From: the human T2T-CHM13v2.0 reference genome, Homo sapiens
Assembly: GCF_009914755.1 (NCBI RefSeq)
Contig: NC_060937.1
Reading direction: 5' to 3' (one strand)
DNA: 64,000 nt
In this document: piece after piece, positions 47,966 through 60,966 of the stretch
How the letters are laid out: each line of letters opens with the position of its first letter
Numbering within the stretch: position 1 is the stretch's first letter
Made by a program: the position numbers and the translations under genes
The notes under the pieces: generated by a model
The model's input: the letters and a program-made list of their open reading frames with translations, nothing else
Database searches by the model: none
Told to the model about the DNA's origin: nothing

Positions 47966-49834
47966 GCCATAAGGCAGACTGCGCTGGAGGCTGTTTCCAT
48001 TCCCCAAAAGAGCCCCTGCGCTCAGCATTTTGTGAGCTTTGAATGTGGAAGCTAAGACCGAGGGCTTGTCTGCTGTCGGAGAGTGGCCACCTACACACAT
48101 CTTGAATGTGGGTGCCTTTAAAATACAGATATCCAGGAGATCCCCAGAAACGCTGGAGAATAAACGTCAGCTCAGGTTGCCATCATTTAGACGTTGCATT
48201 TAGTCCCGGAGGATGGATGCCATACCCAGGGGCCAGAGGCATTCTTCCCTCTGGCTTTTCATTTGGTTTCTTTTCAGTATTTGGAACGTAGAAATCAAGT
48301 CTGGATGTCAGAGTATTGATTTAGTTTTCTTTTTTCCCAGGAGGCGTGATTAACAAAGAGCCAAAATGGCAAACTGTGTGGAGGCCGTGGCGTGGGCTGT
48401 TCCTCGAGAGCCGTGCTTGTAGGGCTGGCCTGGGAGGGCATCCCTGGTCCGCAGAGGCCGGTCTGTGCCGCAAAGCCTGGGCGCAGGCACGGGAGTGGCA
48501 GGAGGGTCCTGGAGTCAAGGGAGCAGCTAAATTTCAATGCAGCAGCTTCTTTTTGCCAGAGATCCAGGTTAAAAAAAGAAAATGTTTCACCTTTTAAAAA
48601 ATATCATACTTAAGACCTGCATTTGTTCTATACCCAGATCATCTTTTTAGAGCCAAAACATCAAGAAATATGGCCTGAAAAAGGCTCATGAAAATACTGT
48701 TCTGAGAATTAAGTGTTAATGACATTCTGAAACCTCACTGTTTAAAGAGATCCACTGCTAGTATAACAGGACCCCTGATATATTTATGCATTTATAAATT
48801 TATAAAATTCATTGTTAAAATCGAGTAATGCTGGAAGCGTCTGGCCCACGGATGATGAGGAGGCAGAGTTTTCAGAGGATGCTGGAGGACAGTGCACAGC
48901 TCCCTGCCAGTGGCTGCGGCTTTCAGGCTGCTGGGACAGTGGCCGGATGCAGACCTGTGTGGAGCAGCTGCTGCTGCTGCAGCGAGGTTGGCCACATAGG
49001 TGACGCCCTGCTAGGCGCATCCAGGTCCAGCCTCGAGGTTGTCCACTTTGAGGCCAGGTCTGCTGGGAATCCAGGCCTGCTGTGTCTACACTCTCACACT
49101 CCTTAAACTCTCCTGACCGGGACACACGATGAGGTTTTCCTATCAAACTCTACATGCATTTCGTATGACATCTCTGGATTTCATCAGCTCCGAGTAAACC
49201 AAGCCTTACTTACAGCCAGGAAGGCATTCAATACCCAGATCTGGTCACATTCTGCCCATTGGTGCATGTTTTAGAAGCATGTGTGTGTTTCTGCCCACCT
49301 CATGGCTGCTGAGGAACAGTGGCTACTGCGTGTCGTTCTTGTGATGCCTTTGTGATTTTGTGTGCAGAGCCTTATTTACAGGCCGCCCCCGAGAGCAAAG
49401 GATAATGGTGCATTATCTGTTGACGTGACCCTGGAGAGCTCTAACTGAACTGCACAAATGGGAGAATCCTCCCCTACCGGCCCCTGCTGCTCACAGACAG
49501 TACGCTCAGCTCAGCAGGGGCTGCTCTTACAAATGCCATCGCAGCACAGGCGGTCAATGCTTGGCATTTTCTGGGGCCCCTGGTTTCCTTTTAGAGGACG
49601 CAGTATTTTCAGAAATGGAGTTCACATGTGTGCTCATCAGTCAGCAGCAGTCAGCTGTGATGTCTCCAAACTGTAGAGGCTTTGGACTTTTTGGCCCACT
49701 TTCTTCATAGAACGATAGAGATTTAGGATCTTACTGCCCTAGTTTAATCTTGGTTTGCAGATGAGAGGCCGAGGCCCCGGGGTCCTGAGCCACGTGAGCT
49801 GGGCTTCCACCCTGGACTCCATGCCGCGCCTCCT

Positions 49835-49869
49835 CGCCAGATAGACGCCAGATAGACGCCAGATAGACG
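49835..49869. repeat. 11-bp tandem x3 (cgccagataga)
   Basis: Exact triplication. Confidence 0.9.
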
Positions 49870-50449
49870 TGGCCAGTCGTGCTGTTTCAAGGTCTTATTC
49901 CAGTCAGGTTTTTGTTTTATTGATTTTTTTGTTCATGAAGTAGAATATGGTTCATGTATTACATACTTTTCTGTGTGTGTGTTTTTATTACAATATCTCA
50001 TTTTCATGGGTTTTTATAACTTAAGTTACCTCTAACCTATGACCCTTGTAGTCTCTTCTTCCACCTTGTGTATCCTAATGTGGGAATTCTGCTTTGGTGG
50101 ATGACTTTTGTGAAGTGAATTAACATACATTTCATTTAGAATAATGCTTTGAGCAACTCAAAGAAAGTGAATTTAATTTTATCACTTAGTTTTTATTTTA
50201 TACTTAAAGAGCTCTATTTGCCTTATTCAGATTTTTGCTATCAGTGTTGTATATACACAAAGGGAAGCTAAGCAAAATAACTTGGTTAGATTTTCCTAAA
50301 ATTTCTTCATTCAGCATCCAACTCTTCTGACTCCCTTACCTGGGACGTTCCCCAGCTGTCGCCGTCAGTCTTCCTCAGATGCCAGTTTGTTGAGGTGTTT
50401 CTCTTTCCCTGATGCCTCTTGTGCCAACAAATAAAGACTTTCAGCTCTT

Positions 50450-50860
50450 CCTGGGCTCTCGAGACCAGGCCTGCTGCATTCTCAGAGAAGCAGAACCTTA
50501 GGAGATGCGTGGACGTGCGTGGTTCGTCTGTGCCCCGTGTCATGGGCTGGCTTATGTAATTGTGCGGCTGGCATGTCTGACCTCAGTAGTGCAGACACAG
50601 GCTGGAGACCCACGCAGGATTTCCATGTGACAGTCTGCAGGCAGGTGTCCGCTTCTCCGGGGGACCCTGTCCTATTCTCTTAAGGCCATGCAGGGATTGA
50701 ATGAGGCCCAGCCCACTGTGGAGGGGCACATGCTCCATTCGGAGCCAGCTGACCGCAGGTGTTAATCAGCCACATCCACACGACACCCGCACAGCCCCCG
50801 ACGAGGGTGGGACTGGGTGGCGGGGGCTGGGGCCTCAGCAGGCTGACCCCTGACCCACCA
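50450..50860 (-). mobile_element. MLT2-type LTR relic, GC-shifted
   Basis: caggctggagaccc, ctcttaaggcc...gattgaatgaggcccagcccac. Confidence 0.6.
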
Positions 50861-52390
50861 AAGACCAGGCTGCATCCTGACTCACCTTCCTCATTTCCCT
50901 GAAATGCATCATTCCTTCCTGGCCACCTGCCTGGCACACGCCCAGGCTGACCGCATGGACCATTTGCTGTCTCCTAGGGTTTGTTACTTCCCGTGCCTTC
51001 ATTACCCCTGGGGCCTCTCCTCATGCAGCTCCTCAGGCCTGGAATGCCCCCAGCCCTGCTCGTGTGTGGGATACGTGTGCCAGGCACCTCCTGGTGGGAT
51101 TCCAGGTTCTGCCTTGGGGCTAAGAGCACCTGGAGGCTCAAGGTGACTTCTTTGAGACCCTCCCGCACAGGGTCTGGATGGCTCGTGGGAGAGCCGTGAA
51201 CACAGAAGCTGCCGTGGAAGCAAATCCTGGGCGGGAGGATGGCTGCACCTCCCCCCGGAGAGCACCGGGGTCCTGCAGGAAAAGCAGAGGTCTCCTGTGG
51301 CCGCTATGCCTCTTCCAGAAACTTCCGTACGCACAGAATGAGTGTCGCATCCCAAATGCCTGGTAGTGGTATTGCGGATAAATGTTAACCTAGAGGTTTT
51401 TATCTGAAAAGTTCCAGTTTAATTTTTAAAGTCTTGTTTTTACCAATTCTGCTTGTTCAAGACATACCATATGCTTTTTTCCTCTAGTTTTTCTTTTAGA
51501 AAGAATTTAATGAATTGTGCTGGGATCACCCTCATATCGTTCTCCCTCACCACCCCCCGTCCTCCGGGTCTCTCCACTCTGGCCCCAGCAGTTGGCGTGT
51601 CAGTTATATTTATATTATACATCCTGCCATCTGGGGCTCTCATCGAGAGTTTCTCGGACATGGTGTGACATCAGTGGGTCCTTTGTTTCAGAACAAGCGC
51701 GTTCTCCTTACTCTCTGGCACGGCCTCGGTGTTTAGGGGTTTCCTCTCTCTGGGAAGCTGTTCCTTCTCGAGAACACAGTGTGCTTTGTTCCTGCAGTGA
51801 GGGAGGAGGGTCATCCTGGGGGGAGAACTCCTGGCAGCATACAGAACAATAGGACAGGAGGATACTGTCCATGGCTGTCTAGGTCTGAGCTGTTCAAAGG
51901 TATTCTCCATGTTTCCATGCGTTTGACTTCTAGGTTAGATTTTCTCCCTATTAGAGGGAATATCTCATTCCCCTAGCATAGACAGAGGGGGAATATCTGT
52001 TGGCAAGAGGGATGTCAAAACGCAAAAGTGAATTATTGGTAGCAACCCACGTGCAGTACACACCCACGACAACCAAGCTGCACAGTGGCCTGGCATGGTG
52101 TGTCCACAGCAGCAACGCACCGGTGCTGGAAACCGAATTTAGACTATTTGGAGTGCACACAGGCTCACGAGGCTTTCTGAATGGTCGTGCCTGTCTCCAT
52201 CATGGGAGATGCACAGTGGACACGCTGTGGCCTGTGCTGTCTGTGACGGCAGCAGCACCTCCTGCAGGTGTGGGGAGAGCCCTCTCTCTGTTCTCACGCG
52301 TCGGGCTGCGGCAGAGGTGCCTGTGTCACCGAGGTCCCTCGGTAACTTCAGGGCAGAGGCCTTCTGTCCCGGACGCCTGCCCTCAGGGGC

Positions 52391-52746
52391 TGTGTCTTTG
52401 TCTGTTTTCTGCTGCTATAACAGAGTATCACAGATTGGGTAATTTACACACAATGGAAGTTTAGTTGGCTCATGGTCCTGGAGGCTTGGAAGCCCAAGAT
52501 TGAGGGGCTGCATCTGGTGAGGGCCCCTGAGCTGCGTCTTTCCAAGAGACGGCCTCACCCGGTGAGAGAGCGGAGAGACCGAGAGGGGGCCAAGCGTGCT
52601 CTCACAACTGAAACAGCGCTCGTCCAGTCATGAGGGCAGGGTCCTCAGACCTGGTCACCTCTTCTTAGGCCCCATGTCCCAGCACGGCGGCATTGGGGGT
52701 GAGGTTTCCCACACACGACCTTTGGGGGACACATTAAACCCCAGCA
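52391..52746 (-). mobile_element. MST/MLT1A-type LTR
   Basis: tgctgctataacagagtatcacagattgggtaattta...gggggacacattaaaccccagca. Confidence 0.8.
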
Positions 52747-52881
52747 GACTGCCTTGTCCCCTGCTCATTTTGGTTGTTGCATTGAAATGTGGGTGTGATG
52801 GATGCTGGAGTTTCTCTCCAAGGGGGCGGGATAGGCTGTCATTCTGGGGAAGGGGGGCTTTGGGGTTTCGGTGTCCAGGGC

Positions 52882-53190
52882 TGTGTCAGTTTCCTATTGC
52901 AGTTGACAGATCACTGCAAACACTGGCTAACCACACACATTCATGGTCTATAGCTCTGGAGGCCAGAAGTTCTAACACCAAGGTGTGAGCAGGGCTAGTC
53001 CCTTCTGGAGGCTCCAGGAAGAATCCTTTCCTCGCCCTGTCCAGCCCCAGGTGCTGCCTGCATTCCTGGGCTCATGGCCGCACCACCCAGACCCTTACAT
53101 CCATCCTCACATCTCCTCCCTGCCTGAGCCTCCTGCTGCCCTGCTGGAAGGACCCTGGGATGACCCTGGATCTCCTGGATAGCCCCCAAT
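52882..53190 (-). mobile_element. MLT1 (C/D-type) LTR fragment
   Basis: cagtttcctattgc...ctctggaggccagaagttct...ccttctggaggctccagg. Confidence 0.7.
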
Positions 53191-53380
53191 GGCTCTCTGT
53201 GGTACGTGGGGGCCCAGGTTCTACCGTGAGTGACTGCAGGCCGTGCCGCAGCTCAAGTGGGGGCCCCTGAGGGGCCTCCAGTGTTTGGGCTGCAGTGACC
53301 AGGCATCAAAACACACACTTCCAGGGATGTTGGGGTCCTCCCTGACCCTGCTCTTCCCATGCATTCCTACCAAGGGGAGT

Positions 53381-53449
53381 CTGCTATGCCTCCACGTTGC
53401 ATCTGCTATGCCTCCACGTTGCACCTGCTATGCCTCCACGTTGCACCTG
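53381..53449. repeat. 22-bp tandem x3
   Basis: ctgctatgcctccacgttgca(t/c). Confidence 0.9.
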
Positions 53450-54295
53450 TTCTCCACGTGTGTCCATGTGAGCACACGGCAGAGCCCTGAAGACTTCTGA
53501 AGATGCGGGCTGCTAAGCTTTCTGCATATACCAAGTCTTAAAATAATACAAAATGTGATGAAGTGACTCTGCTGTTATTGTATTGTCATTATAATAAAAT
53601 ACAACTGGGCACTAATTTGAAAGTGTCGAGTGATCTTTGCAGGTATTCACTGCTTTGTACTTGGGCAAGCATTTGCCTTCCCACGAGCAGTCTTCTGCCT
53701 TGGGGTTCGGTTGGCCCTGCGAGGAGATGCCTGGTTCCCCAGGGGTAATCGTGCAGCAGGGCTGGGGGACAGGGCCTCAAGTCTTCCTCTAAAATCTGAG
53801 GAGCTCTGGTTCCTCCTCAGGGAACATGGTCAGGCCTGGTGGGACTGGCCCTGCCGTTCCCTTCCTGCTGCTGTGGGCTTGGTGTGGGGTCCCAGGCCCA
53901 GGCCAGAGCCCACCCCTCTCGAGGCCCTTCCTGCCATGGCCTGGCCGGGACCTGCAGCCCTCCTTCCCATGTCTGTGGCCACACACACAGCTGGGCTGTT
54001 GAGGGCATCCCCACTGCTACTTCCCGGGAGCTGCAGTCACCCTCAGTGAGCCCCTCTGTCCTCCTAGTTCAGGTCCTTCCGGAAGGTGCTTCCTGTGACA
54101 CTGAGTCCTCGCCCCAGCCCAGGAGAGGCCACTGATGGATGGCCTGCTGGGGTACGGAATCAGAGGGGCCTCCTGCCTTGCTGTGACCACGAGAGGCCAC
54201 TCATTCACCCTCACTCCCACCCTCCCGCTCTGCTCCTCACTCACCCACCTCCTCCAGTTTCTGCCTGCGCCAGCTTCTCCGTTGCACAGCGAGGG

Positions 54296-54612
54296 GACAT
54301 GCACACACACATGCACACACAAACACGCTTACACATGGGCTCACACCCAGGCATGCACACACACACACGGACACGCACACACATGCACACACACACTTTC
54401 ATGCAGACATGCTCACACCTGTGCACGCACAGATGCACACACACACATGCACAAACATGCTCACACACGTGCACACAGTCACACACATGCACACACACTT
54501 GCATGCAGACATGCTCACACGTGCAGGCACAGACGCTCACACACGCATGCACACACACTCAGGCACATGCACATACACATACACACCTGCACACACACAT
54601 ACAAACACACAT
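54296..54612. repeat. CA-rich compound microsatellite
   Basis: (CA)n interleaved with catgc. Confidence 0.92.
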
Positions 54613-55867
54613 GTGGATTTTCCATCTAGTGAGGTGGTGCTGTCTCCTCGGAGGCCCGCATGTGCTGGTGGGTTGCGGTCCCTGTGTGGTGTCAGCTGGG
54701 CCTGCTGTGCTGTGAGGAGCCAGCCATGGGGGTGGGCCTCACTTCTAGCCGACCCAGTTGGTGGCCACATCCCTGGTGCCCAGGCGTGGTCCCTGGCCAG
54801 TGCAGCCCTCACACCTGACAGCATGGACAGACCCTTCTTGCCCAGACCGCAGCAATCAGGCACTCCCTCTCCTTCAGCTTAGGGCTGCTGGGCAAAGCAC
54901 AGGCCTAACTCCGGAGCAAAACCCCTGAAGGCCCCAGCTCCCTAGCCGTTCTCCCGGGACCTCTCCCCAGGCTCTGGGAGGGAAGGCCCCAACCCCTACC
55001 CAGAGAGGGTATGAGGAAGGAGCCCCCTGTGTGCACCGGCTCTGCCCCTTTCTCCAGGGTACAGGCAGAAGGGGAGCCCCCCAGGCAGCCGATGCCCTCA
55101 ACACAGTAGTTTGCTGAACCCAGAATCCAGGCATCTTTGCCTTCATTTTGGCTCTTCCAGGAAGAATCCCTTTGGTACCCACTGCTCACCAAGCATCTGG
55201 CCTGTCCAGATGCGGGGTGTGCTTCCCCTCTCTGAGCAGCTAAAAGATGTTTGAAGGGGTGGGGCCCGTGGGTGAGAACCTGTCTGGGCCTGGAGCTCTG
55301 GGAGGTGGACGAAGGGGTTCTGGAATATTCCAGGCTGGTGCCAGATCTGTCATGGCAGCCTTCTCTCACGCCTGGCTCAGCTCTGCCCTGGGCACAGACG
55401 TCCCCTCTGAAAGGGCCCGTGGCTCCCACCCACCTCCACTGCTCTCAGCAGGGAATGCCGCTGTCTCTTCACGTTCTCCTCCCAAACTGGGGCCCAGGCA
55501 TGTCTCGTGGAATCTAAAGTTGCTTTTGAAGGAATTCTTTCTCCATGGAGCAGATTCCTTCTCCTCCTCTGGCAGGGTCTGAGCGTGCTCCTCCTGGCCA
55601 GGATTCTGGGGCCTGGCATCAGAGCGGGTGGAGGGTCACTGAGCCTCCGCAGCTCCTCAGAGCGCTCTCTTTGCTCAGGACTCCACAGCGCGGCATGGCT
55701 AGGAGGGAATGACTTGTGTGGGGACTGGGATAGGCACCAGGTGGAACCTCAGGTCTGTCAGCAAGGGCCCTCAGGGGGTCCCCAGGGCCACTCACCTCCC
55801 TGCACCCGTGTCTCCAGCCAGTCCTGCATGTTGCTGCTCCATAGCCTGTCTTGGTCCCTTTCCTGCT

Positions 55868-56140
55868 ATTGTGGGTAGAATTGCGTCCCCTGAAAAGATG
55901 TGTTGAGTTCTAACCCCCAGCGCCTGTGGGTGTGGCCTCATGTGGAGGTAGGGCCGCTGCCTCTGCAGATGCATGAGCTCAGATGGAGTCGCCCTGGAGT
56001 AGGAACCATCATCCAACCACCGGTGTCCATGGAAGACGGGGAGAGATACAGGGAGACGGGCTCGCAGCTGGGTGGGGCCACAGCCAAGAGTGCTGGCCCC
56101 CCAGAAGCTGGCAGAGGCAGGGCGGCTCCTCCACTGGCTT
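55868..56140 (+). mobile_element. MLT1 LTR fragment
   Basis: gtagaattgcgtcccctgaaaagatgtgttgagttctaacccccag...ccagaagctggcagaggcagg. Confidence 0.7.
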
Positions 56141-58234
56141 CAGTGTGCACGGCCACGCCAACCACCCACTTGCTCCAGGCCCCAGAGATTCCACCCCAAG
56201 GACGCAGGGGACTCAGAGAGGCTTGGCCTGCAGCCCCCACTGGAAGGGCTGTGGATGGGGTTCTGACACATTCGATGTAACTGAGAGAGGTTGGGTTAAC
56301 CAGGCTGCCTGGGAGGAGACGGCGTCCGCTTGCAGGTGCACCTCAGTGCAGGGTTGCAGGGGGCGGGGGGGCCCAGCTGGGGCTGTGCATAGCCCACCTC
56401 GGATGGCCCCTGCCCACAGCAACAACTCTTGAGGTTCCCTTGAGGCAGCCCCGGCACCCCAGGTTCTACAGTTGCCCACGTTGATGTCAAGCTTTGAGTT
56501 GTGGTTCTTGCCTCAGGAGCAGGTCTCCCCACCATGCAGAAATGGTCTCTAGCTTAAGTGAGTTTGCCTTTTGTTTTTTAACCAAACAAACCCATCCTAG
56601 CAATACCCGGGCTGCCCCCAGGATGGCATGAACCCATCATGATGCTCCCTGCGACAGGGAACCCCTGCCAAGGAACAAGGTGCAGAATCCCACAGCGCCC
56701 TGTGTCTGCTCATGTGGATGCATGTTACCATAACACGGCACATATAAAAATCATGTACAGATTTCAGAAACTTTAAAATAGCCATACCCTTTGTCCTGTA
56801 TCTCTACTTGTAGGAAATTAACACAGAGAAACAATCAGATGTGAGATAATGATTTGCCTGTGTGTTTCTTTGCCACAGTGTTTATGACAGTCAAGAATCA
56901 CTAGAAAACCTGATTAAAATTTGAAACACACATCCCAGGAAATATTCACTCAGCTATTTAAAATCATGTAGAGTAGCAGCATCATGAAAAAACGTTTAAG
57001 TGAAAAATTTGTTACAAAGAATAGACATTGCTGTTACAATTTTGTATAAAAAGGCATCAGAAGGATAAAGACCTCTAGGTGATGCTGTTAAAGTATATTT
57101 TATTTTTATTTTCTATATTTTCCAAAGTGAACACAATGATTTTATACTCAGACAAAAATACATATTAAGTTACTTGTTTCATGCATCACAACGTAATGGT
57201 CATTTGTGTGAGAACTTTAGATGACAGAGTCCAGGTCAGCAATCCTGCCAGATTTTATCCCCAAAAGACCATCTCCTCACTAACTGTCCTCATCAACTGA
57301 TTCTGCGTTTATAGTTTATGTTAATGTGAATTCCAGACTTCCTTGCTGGGCAAAGCCATAAAAAAAGTCAGAAGTCCAGCAGCTCCTCCTCTTCCTTCCT
57401 CTCCTGCCCCTCCCCTCCCTGTCCCCCACTTCAGAAGTGCAGTCCTTCAGTCGTCCGTGTGTGGACCAGGACCTGCTTGCTGCTGGGACACAGGGACCTG
57501 TTCACACGTCACACTGGCCCCGGAGGGGGAGGTGCCAGCAGGTGCCCTCCCGTCACCACATGGAGGCTGTCACATACCCAGGTGCCATGTCACCTCCGCT
57601 GCAGCATGAGCTCTGGGCACGCAGGAGTCACCAGCCTTGCTCAGTGCTGCACCTCAGAGCCAGCCCTGGTTGTCCGGAATCGAGGGTTCGTTTCCAGATT
57701 TCTGGGGCCACGGCTCCAGTGCATCCCTGACATGCTGGGTGTTGTCCCGCGGGGCTCTCCCAGTCACAATGAGCTTGTGAATTTCCTCACAGTCCTTTTC
57801 CAGTCTCTACCCTCTCTGATACCCCTCCCAAGACATGGAGTGAGGCTGTGCAGGAAACACCTATGCCTGCCCTTCTGTGGCCGGGGCCACTGTGCCACTC
57901 CATAGCCCTGCTCCCCTAGCCTCGGGGTTGGCTCTGGGAGCCTGGCCCTGCCTGCTCCAGCTCCCATTTCTCACCTCCGCTTTGTGGCTGATCATCCAGA
58001 AAGGTCGCCATGAGGATGTTTGGTATCCAGGTGTCGCTTTACCTTCAGCCTCCCTCCTGGGGCGCCTCTGGTTCCCGGGAGAGAGGCCGAGCCAGGGATG
58101 GAAAGAAGCCCATCCCTTGGGACACACGGCTTGGGACCTTACCTAAGTGTCCTGGGTCTACCTGTCGGGAACTCTGTGGATGCCATTCCCCTCACGACAC
58201 TACAGGCGTCCCCGATGCAGACACCACAGGTCTG

Positions 58235-58410
58235 CATCTTTGTGCCTCTGTGTGGCCTGGGGCAAGTCGCTGAACCTCTCTGCATATTCTGTAAAACGCG
58301 AAAAACAGTGCCTTCTCCCAGCTCTCTGTAAAGACCAATAGTTTACAGCATGGGGAGCACTCTGGCAGGTACCTGGAGCGCCTAGTGCTCCCTAATGCCA
58401 GGTGTAATGG
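58235..58410 (+). mobile_element. MIR fragment
   Basis: ctgtgtggcctggggcaagtcgctgaacctctctgc...ctgtaaaacg. Confidence 0.6.
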
Positions 58411-58504
58411 TGACAATCGTTCTTTAGGCAAGTATTAAATGATGTTTATGGAAAGATGGCATCATCTGTGCTATAATTTAAGGCAGAATAAAGACTAGAC
58501 AGAG

Positions 58505-58841
58505 CTAGAGAGAGACTTAGCTGAACAAATCAGCTCCTGAAATTGTGGGTGTTGGAAGGTCCAGGGGCAGCTGGGGACTGGGGAGAGTTGGGTTGCAGTC
58601 CAGGCTGTCTGGGAGCAGAGCTCCCTCTTCCTCAGGGAACCTCTGTCTTTTTCTCTCAAGCCCCTTGATAGATTGGGTGAGGCCCACCCACGTTATGTCA
58701 CACACCTTACTCAAAGTCTACTGATATAAGTGTCAATCTCATCTAAACATACCTTCACAGAGACATCTAACCTAGCATTTGACCCAATATCTGGGCACGG
58801 TGGCCCAGCCAAGTTGACAAGTAATAAAGCCAATGACCACA
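58505..58841 (-). mobile_element. MLT2-type LTR fragment
   Basis: tactcaaagtctactgat...accttcacagagacatct...gcccagccaagttgaca. Confidence 0.75.
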
Positions 58842-59057
58842 GAGACCAAGGGTCTCCACCCTGGTGCCCCAACATGACATGGTGCCAGCCAGAGGATATT
58901 GGCCAGGGGACAGAGTGGATGGCACAGGGTTGAGGAAAGAAGCCAATAGCATGTGTGGAGATGCCCAAGGGGTGAAGAGGGAGATCGGAGAAGCGGGACA
59001 GGCCAGAGGGTGTGGCCCTTTCCTTTCATCTTGCTTTTAAGATGCAACAGATTTCAG

Positions 59058-59225
59058 CAGTGTTTCTCAAAGTGTGGACCAGCACATTCAACATCCCAGG
59101 AAATTTTGCTAGAAATGCACATCCTCGGGCCCCATCCCAGACCTCCTGGATCAGCAAGGAGCCATCAGAGCCCAGCTGTGTGAGCTTAACAAGTCCTCGG
59201 TAGATCCTGACGCAGCCCAAGGCTG
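59058..59225 (+). mobile_element. MER5A
   Basis: cagtgtttctcaaagtgtggaccagc...tagaaatgcacatcctcgggccccatcccagacctcctggatcag. Confidence 0.75.
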
Positions 59226-59965
59226 GGCAGGCTGGAGGGCACCTGCATGCCAGGAGAGCGGCCGGGAGAAGAGGGCAGGTGCTCAGAGGGAGTGTGGCCT
59301 AGGGCCGTGTGGGCTGAGGACCAGGGAGGGTGTTGTGCCTTAGACTAGTGGAAAGGGCAGGGCCTGCATTTCAGGACCCTTCTGCCTGATGACAGGCTTT
59401 CCCTGAAGCTGGAGGGGCAGGGTTGGGGTGGGGGGGCGGTGGGGGATGGGGAGTGGTGAAGGTTCCCTGAACTGACAGGGAATGAGAGGAGCAGACCCAT
59501 TTGAGGGCACTTTTTGCAGACCATGTGTAGACAGGAGGTAGCAATTGTGCCGCCGTAGGCACCCTGGGCAGCCCAGGGAACGCTTGTCCACAGAGGGAGA
59601 GGCTCCCATCCACTCTGAGGCCTTTCCAGAGTTCTCCTTTCACTGGTCTCCAAAGAGATTCTGTAGAACCAAGTGAAACTGCTGATACTCAATACGTTTC
59701 TCATGTTAAACAAAAACAAAAACAAAGCAGCCATTTCTTACAGATTTACTCAATACTTTCTATCTGGTTATTATGCCTCTTATTCTGTAATTATTTTTTA
59801 TTATGAATTATTTATTTCCAGATCTGTCTGGCCTATAAGGCCTGTAGGCACTATAAGGGGGAGTACTGCGTCACCTTCATCTTTTTATCCCTTTGGCCTT
59901 GCTCCGTGCCTGAAAGCTCACCACACTGGAACGTCCAGGTGCACATGTGCCACTGGACACCGGGA

Positions 59966-60243
59966 TGTTGCCGGATGCTCTTTTGGACGCTGGAATGCTG
60001 GTGCATTGTTGCCGGATGCTGGAATGGTGCACGCACGCTCTGTTGGACGCTGGAATGCTGGTGCATTGTTGCCGGATGCTGGAATGGTGCACGCATGCCC
60101 TGTTGGACTCTGGAATGCTGGTGCATTGTTGCCAAATGCCGGAATGGTACACGGATGCTCTGTTGGACGCTGGAATGCTGGTGCATTGTTGCCGGATGCT
60201 GGAATGGTGCACGCATGCTCTGTTGGACGCTGGAATGCTGGCG
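59966..60243. repeat. 60-bp VNTR, about 4.6 copies
   Basis: Successive 60-nt lines 60001-60240 are near-identical (gtgcattgttgccggatgctggaatggtgcacgcatgctctgttggacgctggaatgctg). Confidence 0.95.
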
Positions 60244-60390
60244 CATGTGCACATGTTATTGGCATGAGCTGTAGTTCAAACCTCAGCCATATGATGCTTG
60301 AATTCCCAAACCATTCATGGAAATGTGTACTTCTTCCTGCTGGAATTCTCTCTCTCTCTCTCTCTTTTTTAACTGATTGGGGAGTGAGGT

Positions 60391-60506
60391 GGGGGGGGGG
60401 GGGGGTCTTGCTACATTGCCCAGGCTCAAACTTCTGGGCTCAAATGATCCTCCTGCTTCTGCCTCAGCTTCTGCCTCGGCCTCCGGAGTAGCTGGGACTA
60501 CAGGCC
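60391..60506 (-). mobile_element. Old Alu monomer fragment (FLAM/AluJ-like) preceded by a G15 run
   Basis: ggggtcttgctacattgcccaggct...ctgggctcaaatgatcctcctgc...gtagctgggactacaggc. Confidence 0.75.
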
Positions 60507-60716
60507 TGAAATACTGTTTCTTTAAGGAAGGGCATGTTACCTATAATACCAAACCACAAAAGGATAGCTGCGGTTTTGGGCGAGGAGAGCTCAGAGAGTT
60601 TCTTGCATATGGCCCTGTGATGGCGGCCATGGCCCTGCATAGACACGAGCTGGAATCTGCAGGTGGCAGCCAGGACGCTGCGTGTGTCGAGTGCACAGTG
60701 TGGCTTGGTGCCAACC

Positions 60717-60966
60717 ATGGCGAGGGTGGAGAGCCCCGTGCCTGCAGCGCGCGCTTCCCTCACTGGGTCCTGCGTCCTTGGGCAGGCGATGCCCCTGCGG
60801 GGAGGGGCTGGTCCATCCCCGGCCAGCCACGGACCCACGCATGGACCCAGCGACCCACGGACCTGCTTACCTGGGCGCGGCGCGGGTGGCATGCGGCCAC
60901 ACGGAAGGGGCGCGCTGGGCTGCTGCGGCCTCTGCAGCTTCTACACCTGCCACGGGGCGGCCGGAG
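60717..60966 (+). CDS. MCF2L: Second alternative first coding exon of MCF2L, MARVESPVPAARASLTGSCVLGQAMP...GALGCCGLCSFYTCHGAAG + phase-1 G
   Basis: Strong Kozak context ccaaccATGG at 60717; open frame of 83 codons + 1 nt to donor GAG|GTAAAG at 60967; same phase as the 61632 exon, so it can splice to the same downstream exon. It resembles a recalled MCF2L isoform N-terminus. Confidence 0.7.

Noticed and set aside
59673-60491. 272-aa ORF and overlapping ORFs on both strands
   Set aside because: Non-ATG start; open because of the 60-bp VNTR; ends in an Alu fragment.
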